A program made the translations under genes and the position numbers. The notes below the pieces were generated by a model. The model ran no database searches. It was not told the DNA's origin and saw nothing but the letters and a program-made list of their open reading frames with translations. Shown piece by piece: positions 1 through 10,840 of a stretch of 64,000 nt of DNA; the stretch's first letter is position 1; each line of letters opens with the position of its first letter. Source of the stretch: Spirochaetaceae bacterium (GTDB lineage Bacteria > Spirochaetota > Spirochaetia > DSM-2461); the NCBI GenBank assembly GCA_965224705.1, contig OZ245056.1, forward strand, positions 2,784,001 to 2,848,000. Direction: 5' to 3'.

Positions 1-730
1 GATCAACTGAAACTGGCTTAATCATCCACCTGCTCAGGGTTGAGGACAGCAAATCGACACGGCCATTGAAGGTTGATTCCAGAGTGGAATAATTTCCGCT
101 TGACTTAAACTCCATGTGAACCTGACCAAGCTGTGCGATCGACATGGGTTCATTGCTCTTCAGAGAACCTTCAAATTCATACCGAACCAGGCCCCTGGTT
201 CCATCAAGTTGAAGAAAAACATTCTCTGCCTCAACAATGCCCAGTCTTTCATCCCTGACTCTTACTGAGAAATCATTGAATACAAGGGATATATCTTCCA
301 ACTGGTCAATTAAAAAAGTCTGAAGATCCGGAATACCAGGTGATTCCATGTCTGAGTCTACAAGTTCCAGATTTAACCGACTTCTGAGAATGGAAACACG
401 GGTAATCCAATTGGAACTGTTATCTTCTGGCGATTTCAGTCCTTGAAGAGGATCGATAAAAACTCGAAACCTCCGGGCAGTAAAATCTCCCTGACGAAAT
501 GATACCTTGAGGTTTCGGATAGTAACAGCGGACAGAAGAGCTGGAGAAATGGATTCATAACTCAGCTCAATACCAAGTTTTTTCTCCAGCTGGACCATGA
601 GATTGTTCTGTATATGATCTGCCCGCTTTCTGACCGCATTGTGTAAAGGGTTCATGATAAGTATGCTCAGAATGAATACCAGGGAGAGGATCAGTATTTG
701 AACTGCATGTACAATGATCTTTCTTCTCAT
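1..730 (-). CDS. N-terminal part of a large membrane-anchored protein, probably TamB-like (runs off the window start)
   Basis: ATG at 730 on the minus strand reads MRRKIIVHAVQILILSLVFILSILIMNPL..., an N-terminal TM anchor, then LEKKLGIELSYESISP. It lies next to tmk, as tamB does in Borrelia. Confidence 0.5.
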   Translation of the reverse strand, partial: MRRKIIVHAVQILILSLVFILSILIMNPLHNAVRKRADHIQNNLMVQLEKKLGIELSYESISPALLSAVTIRNLKVSFRQGDFTARRFRVFIDPLQGLKSPEDNSSNWITRVSILRSRLNLELVDSDMESPGIPDLQTFLIDQLEDISLVFNDFSVRVRDERLGIVEAENVFLQLDGTRGLVRYEFEGSLKSNEPMSIAQLGQVHMEFKSSGNYSTLESTFNGRVDLLSSTLSRWMIKPVSVD

Positions 731-819
731 CAATTCCAACCTATCAGGACTATGGGGTGGACGGTTCTTTTCATCGGTTTTATCTTAACAATTATTGAGC
801 CTTATCGAAAGGAACATGG

Positions 820-1458
820 ATGAATAGTAATCGAAAGATATGGTCGAACCTGGTAGCTGTTGAGGGTATTGACGGAGCGGGTACAACAACTCTTGTTAAG
901 GGAATTGCTCAAACCCTGAGTGCACAGAAGAGAATTCATGCTGCTGGATACGAACCAACTGATGGTGTTGTTGGCCATCTCATACGAAAGTCCCTGGCCG
1001 GTTCAACTGAATTGACGCCAGAAACCATGGCTCTTCTATTTGCAGCTGACCGCAGAGAACACCTGTATGGGGAAGGAGGAATACAGGAAACCGTTGAGAA
1101 GGGAGGGATATACATCACAGATAGATATTTATTTTCCTCACTGGCCTATCAGTCTCTGGAGACAGATTGGGATTGGGTAGACAGTTTGAACTCTACCTGC
1201 CCTCTTCCGGGATATCTTATCTACCTGAGAATTCCCGTCAAGGATGCCATGGAGCGTTTGTCTGATCGAGTGGAAAGGGATATCTATGAAACTGAGGACT
1301 TCCAGAATAGAGTGACAATTGCCTATGAACGATCCATAAATCACTATGCCAGAAGCGGCATGTCCATACTCACACTGGATTCCAGGCGTCCTCCACGGGA
1401 AATGACCGATGAATCTCTTTCCTTTCTGGCAGAATTGCTCTCAGAGTCTTCCTCATAG
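820..1458 (+). CDS. tmk: Thymidylate (dTMP) kinase
   Basis: EGIDGAGTTT P-loop, EPT, LLFAADR and DRYLFSSLAYQ motifs. Confidence 0.93.
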   Translation: MNSNRKIWSNLVAVEGIDGAGTTTLVKGIAQTLSAQKRIHAAGYEPTDGVVGHLIRKSLAGSTELTPETMALLFAADRREHLYGEGGIQETVEKGGIYITDRYLFSSLAYQSLETDWDWVDSLNSTCPLPGYLIYLRIPVKDAMERLSDRVERDIYETEDFQNRVTIAYERSINHYARSGMSILTLDSRRPPREMTDESLSFLAELLSESSS

Positions 1459-1499
1459 AATCAGAAATCGAAAAAAATCTGCCGATATTCCAATAAACT

Positions 1500-2114
1500 A
1501 TGGTCAATACAAACCGGTTATTCTTTGTAATGCTTCTGGTCATAATGCCAGTTACTGTGGTATCGGCGATCAAAATTCAGTATGCCGAGCAATTCTACAG
1601 GCTGAGCCATACAAGTCTCTACCGATACCCTGAGGACAGTGCTGAAAATATATGGTATCTGTCAATGGCCCTCAGAGCACCATTTGCCAACCCCCTCAAT
1701 GCTCTGGCAGTCATTGAAAACGAAACAGAATGGGAGAAGTACCGCAATCTTTTCGTTATGCATGTCTATCTCAGAATAACCGACGAATACCTGGCCATGG
1801 CGGCAAAATACGATAAATTCAAGGCGTATTTTTATAACTATCCCTGGAAAAGTGTCAATATAGACAGTCTCCGAACGGCTGAGAAGTTTTATGGGCTGGC
1901 CATGGAAACCTGGTTTCTGGCGGAACAGTATGCCTTTGCGGCCAGAGATGAACGATTTAAGTGGATTCATCTTGAAGAAATACAATACTGGGAAGATCAG
2001 GCCTTTCGAATAGAAAACAAAGATCTGGATTATGAAGACATTATTGATGCGCATCTGACACGATTGAATCAGGTAAGAAATGAGTTCGAATCGATGGATC
2101 CTGATACGTATTGA
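1500..2114 (+). CDS. Hypothetical exported protein
   Basis: 204-aa ORF with a signal-peptide-like N-terminus (FFVMLLVIMPVTVVSA). Confidence 0.75.
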   Translation: MVNTNRLFFVMLLVIMPVTVVSAIKIQYAEQFYRLSHTSLYRYPEDSAENIWYLSMALRAPFANPLNALAVIENETEWEKYRNLFVMHVYLRITDEYLAMAAKYDKFKAYFYNYPWKSVNIDSLRTAEKFYGLAMETWFLAEQYAFAARDERFKWIHLEEIQYWEDQAFRIENKDLDYEDIIDAHLTRLNQVRNEFESMDPDTY

Positions 2115-2122
2115 GAGGCCTT

Positions 2123-3151
2123 CTAAACTATCAGCATGGCATCTCCGTAGGAAAAAAACCGATATTCCTCCTCAACTGCTCTCCTATAGGCCTCCAGAAT
2201 TCTCTCCCTGCCGGCAAATGCAGAAACAAGGACGAGAAGACTTGAACGGGGCGTATGAAAATTTGTGAACATTGAATCAACAATGTTGAATCTATAGCCT
2301 GGATAGATGAAGATGTCCGTTGTTCCATGACCGGTTTCAATGCCTTCGCCATTCCATGCGGATTCGAGGGTACGGACAGATGTTGTACCGACCGCAAGAA
2401 TCATTCGCCCTTCGGCCTTTGCATTATTCACCGCCAGAGCACTTTCCTGAGGAACATTGTATTCCTCTGTATGCATTGTATGACCGGGAACTGTTTCGGA
2501 CCGAATCGGTGCAAATGTCCCAGGTCCCACCTTGAGGCTGATCCATGCTAACCGGATTCCTCTATCCTTCAGGGCATCAAGAATTTCCGCCGTGAAATGC
2601 AGGCCAGCCGTTGGTGCCGCCGCTGATCCAATCTCTCTTGCATAAACAGTCTGATAGCTTCGAGAATCGTTCGGCCCATCGGGACGGCGTATGTAGGGAG
2701 GCAGGGGCATGTGACCATGGCGTTCAAACCATTCTTCCGGGAGCGGTAAGTCAAAACGGAGAATTTTTCTGTTCTCTGCCGATTCTCTTATAATTCTGCC
2801 TGTTACATCGTCTGGAAAAACCCATTTCTGCCCTGTTCGCTTTTTTTTCGCCCTATCCACCAGACAATCCCATTCACTCGTGGAGATTTGCTTCAGGAAA
2901 AGGAATTCACCCCGTCCTCCGGTATCAGGATTGACTGCAAAAAGACGTGCTTTTCTAACCTTTGTATCATTGAAAACCATGAGGGTGTCCGGTGGAATCA
3001 GATCGGGAAGGTTTTGAACAGTTTCATGCCGGACAAAACCCGAATCACTGTTTCTGCTGACAACCATCAGTCGGCTGCTGCCCCGAACATCCGGAGGTGC
3101 TTGAGCAACGAGATGATCAGGAAGATCAAAAGAGAAGGAGCTGGTCTTCAT
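2123..3151 (-). CDS. queA: S-adenosylmethionine:tRNA ribosyltransferase-isomerase
   Basis: [51 protein letters not shown] and [10 protein letters not shown] motifs. Likely start is MKTSSF at 3151. Confidence 0.96.
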   Translation of the reverse strand: MKTSSFSFDLPDHLVAQAPPDVRGSSRLMVVSRNSDSGFVRHETVQNLPDLIPPDTLMVFNDTKVRKARLFAVNPDTGGRGEFLFLKQISTSEWDCLVDRAKKKRTGQKWVFPDDVTGRIIRESAENRKILRFDLPLPEEWFERHGHMPLPPYIRRPDGPNDSRSYQTVYAREIGSAAAPTAGLHFTAEILDALKDRGIRLAWISLKVGPGTFAPIRSETVPGHTMHTEEYNVPQESALAVNNAKAEGRMILAVGTTSVRTLESAWNGEGIETGHGTTDIFIYPGYRFNIVDSMFTNFHTPRSSLLVLVSAFAGRERILEAYRRAVEEEYRFFSYGDAMLIV

Positions 3152-4148
3152 CGTTCTTTCTGGTCTTCCCCAGATGCTTGTAGGCAAGGTCTGTCACAGT
3201 TCGTCCCCGGGGCGTCCGCTGGAGAAATCCCCGCAGGATGAGATATGGCTCATAGAAGTCTTCAAGGGAGTCTGTGCCCTCACCAACACTGATGGCCAGG
3301 GTTTCGGCTCCAACAGGACCACCTCCGTAACGATCAATAATGGCCGCCAGGATACGCCTGTCCTGTTCTTCCAAACCTTCCCGATCAATTTTAAGCCGGG
3401 ACAATCCTCTCTCAACTATTTTTTTCGTTATGCGGCCATCACTCTCCACCTGAGCATAATCCCTCATGCGGCGGAGCAGACGGTTGGCGACTCTGGGTGT
3501 TCCCCGGCTGCACTGGGCCAGTAGTTCAGCGGCCTCATCGACAATACTCAAACCCAGAATACCGGCACTTCGGTGAACAATGTCATTCAATTCAGCCTGA
3601 TTGTAATAGTCAATGCGGACCGTTATTCCAAAACGGGTAAACAGGGGACTTGATACCCGTCCGGGTTTTGTTGTTGCTCCAATAAGTGTGAAGGGAGGCA
3701 CAGGTATCCTTACCGTTCTGGCAGCCGGGCCCTGCCCTATGATCCAGTCGAGTTCATAATCCTCCATTGCTATGTAGAGCATCTCCTCAATAGCGGGTTT
3801 GAGGCGGTGAATCTCATCGATAAAGAATACAGTCCTTTCAGGAATGGTGGAGAGCAGTCCGGCCAGATCTTTGGGCTTATCCAGGGCCGGAGCTGAAGTA
3901 ATCTTGAATTCTGATCCTGACTCATTGGCCATGATACTGGCTAATGTGGTTTTCCCCAGACCTGGCGGAGCACTGATAAAAACATGATCCAGCGGTTCTT
4001 TTCTCTGGATAGCTGCTTGAATGAATACGGAAAGATTGTGCTTGAGTTCCTTCTGACCCTGGAAGTCATCAAGATATCTCGGTCTGATGCCGGCATCTTC
4101 CTCATCTTCTCCCTGTACTGCTGATGGTTCCAGTAAACGTTTGTCCAT
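3126..4148 (-). CDS. ruvB: Holliday junction branch migration helicase RuvB
   Basis: [40 protein letters not shown] and RTPRGR motifs. Confidence 0.97.
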   Translation of the reverse strand: MDKRLLEPSAVQGEDEEDAGIRPRYLDDFQGQKELKHNLSVFIQAAIQRKEPLDHVFISAPPGLGKTTLASIMANESGSEFKITSAPALDKPKDLAGLLSTIPERTVFFIDEIHRLKPAIEEMLYIAMEDYELDWIIGQGPAARTVRIPVPPFTLIGATTKPGRVSSPLFTRFGITVRIDYYNQAELNDIVHRSAGILGLSIVDEAAELLAQCSRGTPRVANRLLRRMRDYAQVESDGRITKKIVERGLSRLKIDREGLEEQDRRILAAIIDRYGGGPVGAETLAISVGEGTDSLEDFYEPYLILRGFLQRTPRGRTVTDLAYKHLGKTRKNDEDQLLLF

Positions 4149-4155
4149 TTGATAC

Positions 4156-4755
4156 CTAAGAACTCAAGGCGATGATTGCACGCCTGAGGATTTCCCGTTC
4201 CCTTGCTTCGCCGGTTAATGCGGCAATATCACCTGATTCGACTATAGCCGATACAGCTTTTCCTGCACCTCTGGCATCAAATCCCATGGCTGTCAGAGCT
4301 GCAATTACATCCCTGTCCTTCCTTCCAACCTCAGAGGATGGATCTTCCCTGTCAGTAGTGAGCTTTCCTCTGAGCTGCAGGAGAATCTTCTGTGCTGTTT
4401 TCTTCCCAAGTCCGGGGATGGAGGAAAGACTGTCCAGATTTTCATTCTCCAGAGCCGCAGTAAAGCGATCAGGTGTTGTCCCTGAAAGGATTTTCTGTGC
4501 CAGAGAAGGGCCAACTCCGTTAACCGATATAAGGGCAAGAAACAGGGTTCGTTCAGTGAGGCTTGCAAAACCGTAGAGTTTCATGGAATCCTGGACATGA
4601 TGAAGATGTGTGTAGAGGCGGACATCGGCTCCTGCTGCAGGCAGATCCGCCAGGGAAGTTGAAGTTGTCGCAATGGCCCACTCAATACCGCCGGTTTCGA
4701 TACCGATGGTTCCCTCACTTTTAAATGTTATCACTCCGTTGATACTGTTGACCAT
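4156..4755 (-). CDS. ruvA: Holliday junction branch migration protein RuvA
   Basis: LYGF, VNGVGP and [12 protein letters not shown]hH motifs; C-terminal ALTAMGF. Confidence 0.95.
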   Translation of the reverse strand: MVNSINGVITFKSEGTIGIETGGIEWAIATTSTSLADLPAAGADVRLYTHLHHVQDSMKLYGFASLTERTLFLALISVNGVGPSLAQKILSGTTPDRFTAALENENLDSLSSIPGLGKKTAQKILLQLRGKLTTDREDPSSEVGRKDRDVIAALTAMGFDARGAGKAVSAIVESGDIAALTGEAREREILRRAIIALSS

Positions 4756-5231
4756 AGGATTCCATGATGAATCAATGTAATTGCCGCCGCCAGTGCATCG
4801 GCAGAGTGATCACTCCCTGGAATACTGTCCATACCAAGGATTAATTGTATCAAAGTTTGAACCTGTTTCTTGTCGGCACGGCCTGAGCCTGTTACTGACT
4901 GTTTTATTGTAGCCGGTCCAAATTCGCAAAGTTTCAAGTCATTCTGAGCAGCGACAAGCAATGTAATTCCCCTGGCCTGGGCAACCGGCATGGCGGAGCT
5001 GATGTTTTTGACGAAATACAATGTCTCCACTCCCATGGCTGCGGGATTATATGCATTGACCAGGCTTGATAATTCCCGATAAAGTGTCAGTAAACGTCTT
5101 TCAGGAGGCTGGTCAGGCTGAGTTTCAATGAGTCCGTGATCAACATGTCTGTGCCGGTTGCCATCCGTATCCACCAGACCCCATCCTGTCTTTGCCAGAC
5201 CGGGATCTATACCCAGCACTCTGAATTTCAC
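4731..5231 (-). CDS. ruvC: Crossover junction endodeoxyribonuclease RuvC
   Basis: VLGIDPGLAKTGWG, AQARG, IKQSVTGSGRADKKQV and DALAAA motifs. Confidence 0.96.
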   Translation of the reverse strand: MKFRVLGIDPGLAKTGWGLVDTDGNRHRHVDHGLIETQPDQPPERRLLTLYRELSSLVNAYNPAAMGVETLYFVKNISSAMPVAQARGITLLVAAQNDLKLCEFGPATIKQSVTGSGRADKKQVQTLIQLILGMDSIPGSDHSADALAAAITLIHHGILWSTVSTE

Positions 5232-5971
5232 TCAGAAAGCTCAAAGCCGTTCGGTACATCAAGATTTGATGCAACCGACTGGACATCATCGTTATCCTCA
5301 AGCTTGTTGATAAGCTTCAGCACCTTTCCAGTGCCTTCATCATCCAGGGAAACTTTATTATCCGGGAGCATGAGAATTTCGGCTTCTTCTTCATGAAATC
5401 CAGCAGACTGCAAGGCTTCCAGTACATCAATGAAAACGGATGCCTCTGTGATAACCTCAACAGTATCAGAATCTTCGACAACATCCTCGGCCCCGGATTC
5501 CAGGGCGGCCTCAAACAAAGCATCATGATCTATGGAATCCCCTGCATATACAATGAGTCCTTTGCGCTTAAACATGTAGGATACAGCCCCGGCAGAAGCA
5601 AGTTGTCCGCCATTCTTCGATAAAACAGTGCGCACATCCGCCGCTGTACGATTTTTGTTTTCAGTCAGGGCTTCGATGAGCAACCCAACACCGCCATGAG
5701 CATAGGCCTCATAGCTCAATTCAGTGTACTCCATGTCATCCAAACCGCCAGTTCCCTTTTTTATTGCCCGCTCAATTGTGTCCTTGGGCATGTTGGATGC
5801 CCTGGCTTTCATAACAGCAGTACGCAGACGGGGGTTTGACTGCTCATCTCCACCACCCATTTTTGCAGTAACCGTTATTTCTTTGATCAGTTTGGTGAAT
5901 ATTTTTCCGCGCTTTGCATCGGCTGCACTCTTCCTATGCTTGATTGTACTCCACTTACTGTGACCCGACAT
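5228..5971 (-). CDS. yebC: YebC/PmpR family protein
   Basis: MSGHSKWSTIKHRK...NPRLR...LEDNDDVQSV. Confidence 0.95.
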   Translation of the reverse strand: MSGHSKWSTIKHRKSAADAKRGKIFTKLIKEITVTAKMGGGDEQSNPRLRTAVMKARASNMPKDTIERAIKKGTGGLDDMEYTELSYEAYAHGGVGLLIEALTENKNRTAADVRTVLSKNGGQLASAGAVSYMFKRKGLIVYAGDSIDHDALFEAALESGAEDVVEDSDTVEVITEASVFIDVLEALQSAGFHEEEAEILMLPDNKVSLDDEGTGKVLKLINKLEDNDDVQSVASNLDVPNGFELSE

Positions 5972-6205
5972 GCATACTCCTCATCAAGGCTTGCTCTACA
6001 GGTATCTTCAAGAAAAACATTGAGTTTTAACCTGAACTTTTCCGCCGTTACAGCATGTACAATGTTTGCACAGCCCGGCGGCACTCCACTTTTGCCTGCC
6101 TGTGTTCTGCATGCAGACAGACAATCCCTCCGTCAATTTCCCAGAGCTGTTTTTGAGATACCCCGCAGCTCACTGAGCCAAGCCTGTCAGAAACTTCCCT
6201 GATTG

Positions 6206-7558
6206 TCAATACAAAGGCCATTTGTAAGCATTATGACACTCATAAGAATGAATTTCATCCATAATATCCATGAGGATGTGATTGAGTATATCCATGCCGG
6301 AAGAAGCAGGAAATATCGATTTCATATCTGAAAAAAGGACACCAGCCGCCTGATACTTCTCAATTGAATGAGGAATAATGGAAGCTGGTTCGATTCCAAA
6401 GATCCCCCTGAATCGAGCTGTTTCCAGGCCCTTTTTGGTCCTTAAACTCATCATGAAATGCTCAAGCATGAAATCCCTGTAACTGAGAATTTCCTGGGAT
6501 CTCGATTTCTCCGGAAACTCAAGCCAGCGTCTGATATTCTTTGCCTCCTGCCGTCTTTCGGCACCCTGCTCATTCCAGAGGGTTGATGCTGCTCCCGGTC
6601 CCACGCCCAGGCAGGGATCGATCTGCCAGTAACGCATATTATGCCGACAAACATGCCCGGATCGGGCAAAGTTGGACACTTCATACCTGACATACCCCTG
6701 TTTTTTCAGGAACGAAAGAATCTTCCCCCACTCATCATTTTTTTCGCCTGTATCTGGAAGTTCTTTGAGTCGATTACTGTCCCTCGCCAGAACCGTGCCT
6801 TCTTCTACTACCAATTCATAGATGGAAATATGACCGGGGTGACTCTCAAGGGCCTGATCAATGTCATCAAGAATGCTGTGAGACTTCCGGGGAAGAGCGG
6901 ATAACACATCCCGACTTACCCTGCCCTTCCAATTGGAATTCAACAGTTTGTCAGCCTCTATCAAAGCTTCCCGGCCCGCCGGTCTGCCAAGCCAGCGTAG
7001 AAGATCATCATCATAGGTTTGGACTCCCATACTTATGCGATCAACTTGATTTGATTTCAGGACTTCCAGGAATTCAAGACTCAGAGATTCAGGATTGGCT
7101 TCAATTGTAAATTCATCGACTTCGCCTGTCACCTTGCCGAGTTCTTCCAGGAAATCAGAAAGCTCATGGGCCGGGATCATCGAAGGAGTACCGCCGCCGA
7201 TGAAAACTGTTGGAATCCCTGTTGGGTTAAGACGGTCTATTTCCTGGACAGCATCCTGAAGAATTCTTCCCAGGACTTTTGTGACAAGAGAGGGATCCGA
7301 ATTGGCAACACTGTAAAAATCACAGTAAAAACAACGGCTTATACAAAAAGGGATGTGAATGTAAAGAGAAAGATCAGCGGAGATATCCAAAAGCTTTGAT
7401 TGGCCAATAGGCAAAAACTCCCCGGCCTCGAATATACGTATCACTGACCGGCCCCCAATAGCGGGAATCATTGGAACTTCCCCTGTTGTCACCCAGAACG
7501 TAGTACTGGTTTTCGTCCATAACCATTGAATCAAAGCTGTGGTACAGGGGGAACTCAT
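6206..7558 (-). CDS. hemW: Radical SAM heme chaperone HemW / HemN-like (true start probably downstream of 7558)
   Basis: SLYIHIPFCISRCFYCDF (CxxxCxxC), GGGTPS, EANP, RISMGVQ, YEVSNFA and HNMRYW motifs. Confidence 0.88.
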   Translation of the reverse strand: MSSPCTTALIQWLWTKTSTTFWVTTGEVPMIPAIGGRSVIRIFEAGEFLPIGQSKLLDISADLSLYIHIPFCISRCFYCDFYSVANSDPSLVTKVLGRILQDAVQEIDRLNPTGIPTVFIGGGTPSMIPAHELSDFLEELGKVTGEVDEFTIEANPESLSLEFLEVLKSNQVDRISMGVQTYDDDLLRWLGRPAGREALIEADKLLNSNWKGRVSRDVLSALPRKSHSILDDIDQALESHPGHISIYELVVEEGTVLARDSNRLKELPDTGEKNDEWGKILSFLKKQGYVRYEVSNFARSGHVCRHNMRYWQIDPCLGVGPGAASTLWNEQGAERRQEAKNIRRWLEFPEKSRSQEILSYRDFMLEHFMMSLRTKKGLETARFRGIFGIEPASIIPHSIEKYQAAGVLFSDMKSIFPASSGMDILNHILMDIMDEIHSYECHNAYKWPLY

Positions 7559-8108
7559 TGTTCCAGCCTTCAGGTAATTCCTGTATTTCCAGATCGTACT
7601 CCATACCGCTTAGTTCAAACTCACTTAGAAATTTATTCCCACCCCGGGGCTTGATGTAGGCAATGGATCCCCTCATGCGTATTGTATCGCCCGGTATTCC
7701 AATAACCCTCTTGAAGATTCTTTCGTTCTCCCAGTTGTTACGGAGATGTCGTCCAAATGAAACTTTCTGCAAAGTAAAAAAACGAACAAGGGGATTGATA
7801 ACGGATAGCGGCCATGCAGATTCAGGAATATAGGGGGAACTGATTGAGATAATATCTCCTCTTCCGGGGGGATTCTTTAAACGCCCACCGGGATCTCTGA
7901 GAAGAAACGGTACCACAAGTATTCTGGTTCCCGGCAGGTAGCCTGGGGCCATGGCCTGCGTTTTCAATGTCCAGGGGGTAATGAGATATGTCGATATTGA
8001 TATGTAAATTCCCAGAACAAGGATGAAAACCCCCAGAGAACGTAATCGCTGGCGCTGAAAGTTTCTCCGATCTTTGAATGAAAGCCCGGATTGGGATACG
8101 GAATTCAC
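7374..8108 (-). CDS. lepB: Signal peptidase I paralog, apparently lacking the catalytic Ser
   Basis: KRVIGIPGD and LGDNRGSSNDSRYWG are present, but box B reads TQAMAPG instead of xSMxPT. Confidence 0.85.
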   Translation of the reverse strand: MNSVSQSGLSFKDRRNFQRQRLRSLGVFILVLGIYISISTYLITPWTLKTQAMAPGYLPGTRILVVPFLLRDPGGRLKNPPGRGDIISISSPYIPESAWPLSVINPLVRFFTLQKVSFGRHLRNNWENERIFKRVIGIPGDTIRMRGSIAYIKPRGGNKFLSEFELSGMEYDLEIQELPEGWNNEFPLYHSFDSMVMDENQYYVLGDNRGSSNDSRYWGPVSDTYIRGRGVFAYWPIKAFGYLR

Positions 8109-9175
8109 CGTATAACACCTGCCCTTTTAGGAGGCCAGTAGATAAAAAGTGCTCGGCCAAGTATGGATTTTGAAGGAATCGGACCAAAGTACCGCCCATC
8201 CAGAGAATCACTTCGATTATCTCCAAGAGGAAGAATCCATTTTTCAGGGATGTATATGCCTCGCTCATAGACAGCCGATTTGTGTGAAATTGCTTCATTC
8301 TGAGGATAGAGACGATTCAATACAGCCGAATCAATTCGTTCCTCCTCATAGGGATCAAACACGGTTTTTTTCAACGATGTGATCCAGTTTTCTGATGCCT
8401 GTAATCTGAGTTCAGGACTGACTGACAGCCCTGCCCTCTCCAACCTTGTCAACTGTATTCTTGCTTCCAATATCCTGTAATAGTCAGCATCCAGCAGGTG
8501 ATTGGTGCTGTACTCCAATTCCGTAAACAGCTTGAATTCTTCTTCTGGAATAAGCTCACTTTCACCCATTGGCTGTATGAATAGCTGACCTTCTGCAACA
8601 ACGATGCGGTCGCCATCTTCCGCTACCTGCCGCTTTATTAAAAACTGATGGGCCGTTTCTCCATTCCGCCGATTGAGATCCACCAGAGACAGAGTGGCCA
8701 TGTAGAGGACTCTCTGTGCAATTTCATGGGCCAGTGAGGGACTTTCGTATTCTGGATTCTCAAAGATAATAACCTGACCACGGCGGGATTCTCGAAATCC
8801 AGGGAGCTTAGCCACACCAGGGAGCAGTTCAGGACCGAACGTCAGTTTGTCCACAAATATCCGATCACTTTTACTCAGTTGACCTGTGTAGGGATCCCTG
8901 CCGCCGATGAGTGAATTTCTCATGGAGCCGGAGGGAATCTGATAGGCCTGGAGGAGGTACTGATTGAGCAGGAGTACCATCATAACCGCCCAGAGAAAGG
9001 CATCCACCCATTCCATAAAAAAACTGTGCCGCTTCTGTTTTAACTTTAACCGGGCAATACGACGAGCCCTGAAGGTAAGAAGCCGCTCTGAAAAGATGAC
9101 AAGCCGGGAAATAAAATCTATTCTACTATCTTCATTCACAAGTTCATTATAACAATACCCGGGATTATTGACCAC
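8105..9175 (-). CDS. lepB: Signal peptidase I
   Basis: QAYQIPSGSM (catalytic Ser), LIKR (Lys) and LGDNRSDSLDGRYFG. Confidence 0.92.
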   Translation of the reverse strand: MVNNPGYCYNELVNEDSRIDFISRLVIFSERLLTFRARRIARLKLKQKRHSFFMEWVDAFLWAVMMVLLLNQYLLQAYQIPSGSMRNSLIGGRDPYTGQLSKSDRIFVDKLTFGPELLPGVAKLPGFRESRRGQVIIFENPEYESPSLAHEIAQRVLYMATLSLVDLNRRNGETAHQFLIKRQVAEDGDRIVVAEGQLFIQPMGESELIPEEEFKLFTELEYSTNHLLDADYYRILEARIQLTRLERAGLSVSPELRLQASENWITSLKKTVFDPYEEERIDSAVLNRLYPQNEAISHKSAVYERGIYIPEKWILPLGDNRSDSLDGRYFGPIPSKSILGRALFIYWPPKRAGVIR

Positions 9176-9204
9176 AGTAAAACTGTGGCTCTATACTCTG
9201 GAAC

Positions 9205-10788
9205 ATGCTGTTTAAAAAGAATCGCTCTTCTGAACAAGATCCGAATACTATCGAGGTCAGGTTGAAGCCCATTCTGGGAATCTCTCCCAGACATTATGTT
9301 CCCATTGTCTGGCTTGTCATTACTCTGACCCTTATCTTCTTCCTCCTCATACTGCCGGGAATTAAGCAGAACGGGACCATGCTGACGGTGTACAGCGATC
9401 CTCCCGATGCATCAGTCATCGCAGATGGTATCCGGGCAGGCCGGACTTATGAGCCTGTGTTCATCCCCAAAGGAAGCAGGGAAATACGGATTCGACGTCC
9501 GGGGTTTAAGGATGAAGTCATCACCGAAAAAATCTCCGGTCGTCTATTTGCATCCCGGCTTTTCCCAAAACGCAGAGAAATTGTTGCTGTTCTTGAACCG
9601 GAGGAACCATATTCAATTATGAAACGGGGTATGAATGAATTCTCCCGATGGAATGCCACGGGTGCGGATAATAATCGCTATGCCATACCCTCCTCATTCA
9701 CACTGCTTGCCAGGGATTCAACCGTTCCTGGTTCCCATACAGTTGATCTTGCTCCTCTTGTGAAGGCCAGCCTGCCTCTGGTACGGGATGCCCGGCATCT
9801 GGCCGATATCAACAGGGGGCTTCAATTGTTTTCTTCACCGAAATCAGTGACAAATCCATTTCAACTTGCCGCATATATTGGAGAAACAGCCCGAATGCTG
9901 GAAGAATTGTCTCTCATGGCAGGTGTACTGGAATTGACGAACCAGAAACCGGATACAGGAGCAGTGCCTTCCTCACTGGAAACCCGTCAGATCTATCAGG
10001 AACTCCGTCTGTCCAGAGATTTCATCCGCAGAACAGTCAACGGGCAGGGGTTTGTCAGCATACCCTCCCTGAAGGCACCGATTGGTGATGTCGAAATTGT
10101 TGATTCCGGTGAGTATCTACCCCGTTACGGTGCCCATCCAGTGGAGGCATCCGTTGAAAACTTCCAGATTGCCACTAGAGAGGTAAGCATCAATGAATTT
10201 GCAGCCTTTATCCAGGAGGTCCCTGACTGGTCGAAAAAAAACAAAGAAGAATTAATGCATGCCGGGCTTGTTGATGATGATTATCTTGAGTCCTGGACTG
10301 ATCAGATGCCTGTCTCAAGGGGAGGATATCCTGTTACTGAAATTTCCTGGCATGCCGCCATGGCCTACGCTGACTGGCTCACGGAAAAAACATACCCGGA
10401 CGGCAGAAGCAGGTTTCGCCTTCCTCAGGAGGATGAGTGGGAAATTGCCGCTCGGATTAACAACGCCACAGTGGAAGATGCTTCAGAGCTTTCGGAGATT
10501 CTGCTGCCAGCCGACAAAGCGAATGAGGGTGACATTGGCCTTCAGGGAATGGCCGGCAATGTCCGGGAATGGAGCTACAATCCCTTTCGATACAATGAAA
10601 ATCGATTTCGACCGCCATCCGGAGAATCCTCCTACATGGATGTGAAGTCGGATATGATCAGTGAGGAAAGACCTGTTCGAGGTGCGGCCTTTATCGATGA
10701 TGGCCTGCCTTATCCGATATCAGCCCGAGGATCACTTGAAGCCCATCAGACCAGTCCGGTGGTGGGTTTCCGGCTCGTGATTTCTTAA
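9205..10788 (+). CDS. Membrane-anchored PEGA-like plus FGE-sulfatase (SUMF1) domain protein
   Basis: N-terminal TM, VYSDPPDASV (PEGA-like), then YPVTEISWHAAMAYADWL, FRLPQEDEWEIAAR, MAGNVREW and VGFRLV. Confidence 0.85.
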   Translation: MLFKKNRSSEQDPNTIEVRLKPILGISPRHYVPIVWLVITLTLIFFLLILPGIKQNGTMLTVYSDPPDASVIADGIRAGRTYEPVFIPKGSREIRIRRPGFKDEVITEKISGRLFASRLFPKRREIVAVLEPEEPYSIMKRGMNEFSRWNATGADNNRYAIPSSFTLLARDSTVPGSHTVDLAPLVKASLPLVRDARHLADINRGLQLFSSPKSVTNPFQLAAYIGETARMLEELSLMAGVLELTNQKPDTGAVPSSLETRQIYQELRLSRDFIRRTVNGQGFVSIPSLKAPIGDVEIVDSGEYLPRYGAHPVEASVENFQIATREVSINEFAAFIQEVPDWSKKNKEELMHAGLVDDDYLESWTDQMPVSRGGYPVTEISWHAAMAYADWLTEKTYPDGRSRFRLPQEDEWEIAARINNATVEDASELSEILLPADKANEGDIGLQGMAGNVREWSYNPFRYNENRFRPPSGESSYMDVKSDMISEERPVRGAAFIDDGLPYPISARGSLEAHQTSPVVGFRLVIS

Positions 10789-10840
10789 AATCACCCTGAG
10801 TTGACCCGGCTTCCTTTCCTGTGTAATTATATCCATCAGT

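Noticed and set aside
9205..10788. Diversity-generating retroelement target (FGE/CLec fold)
   Set aside because: No reverse transcriptase or template repeat is seen in the window, and the gene sits in a conserved housekeeping context.
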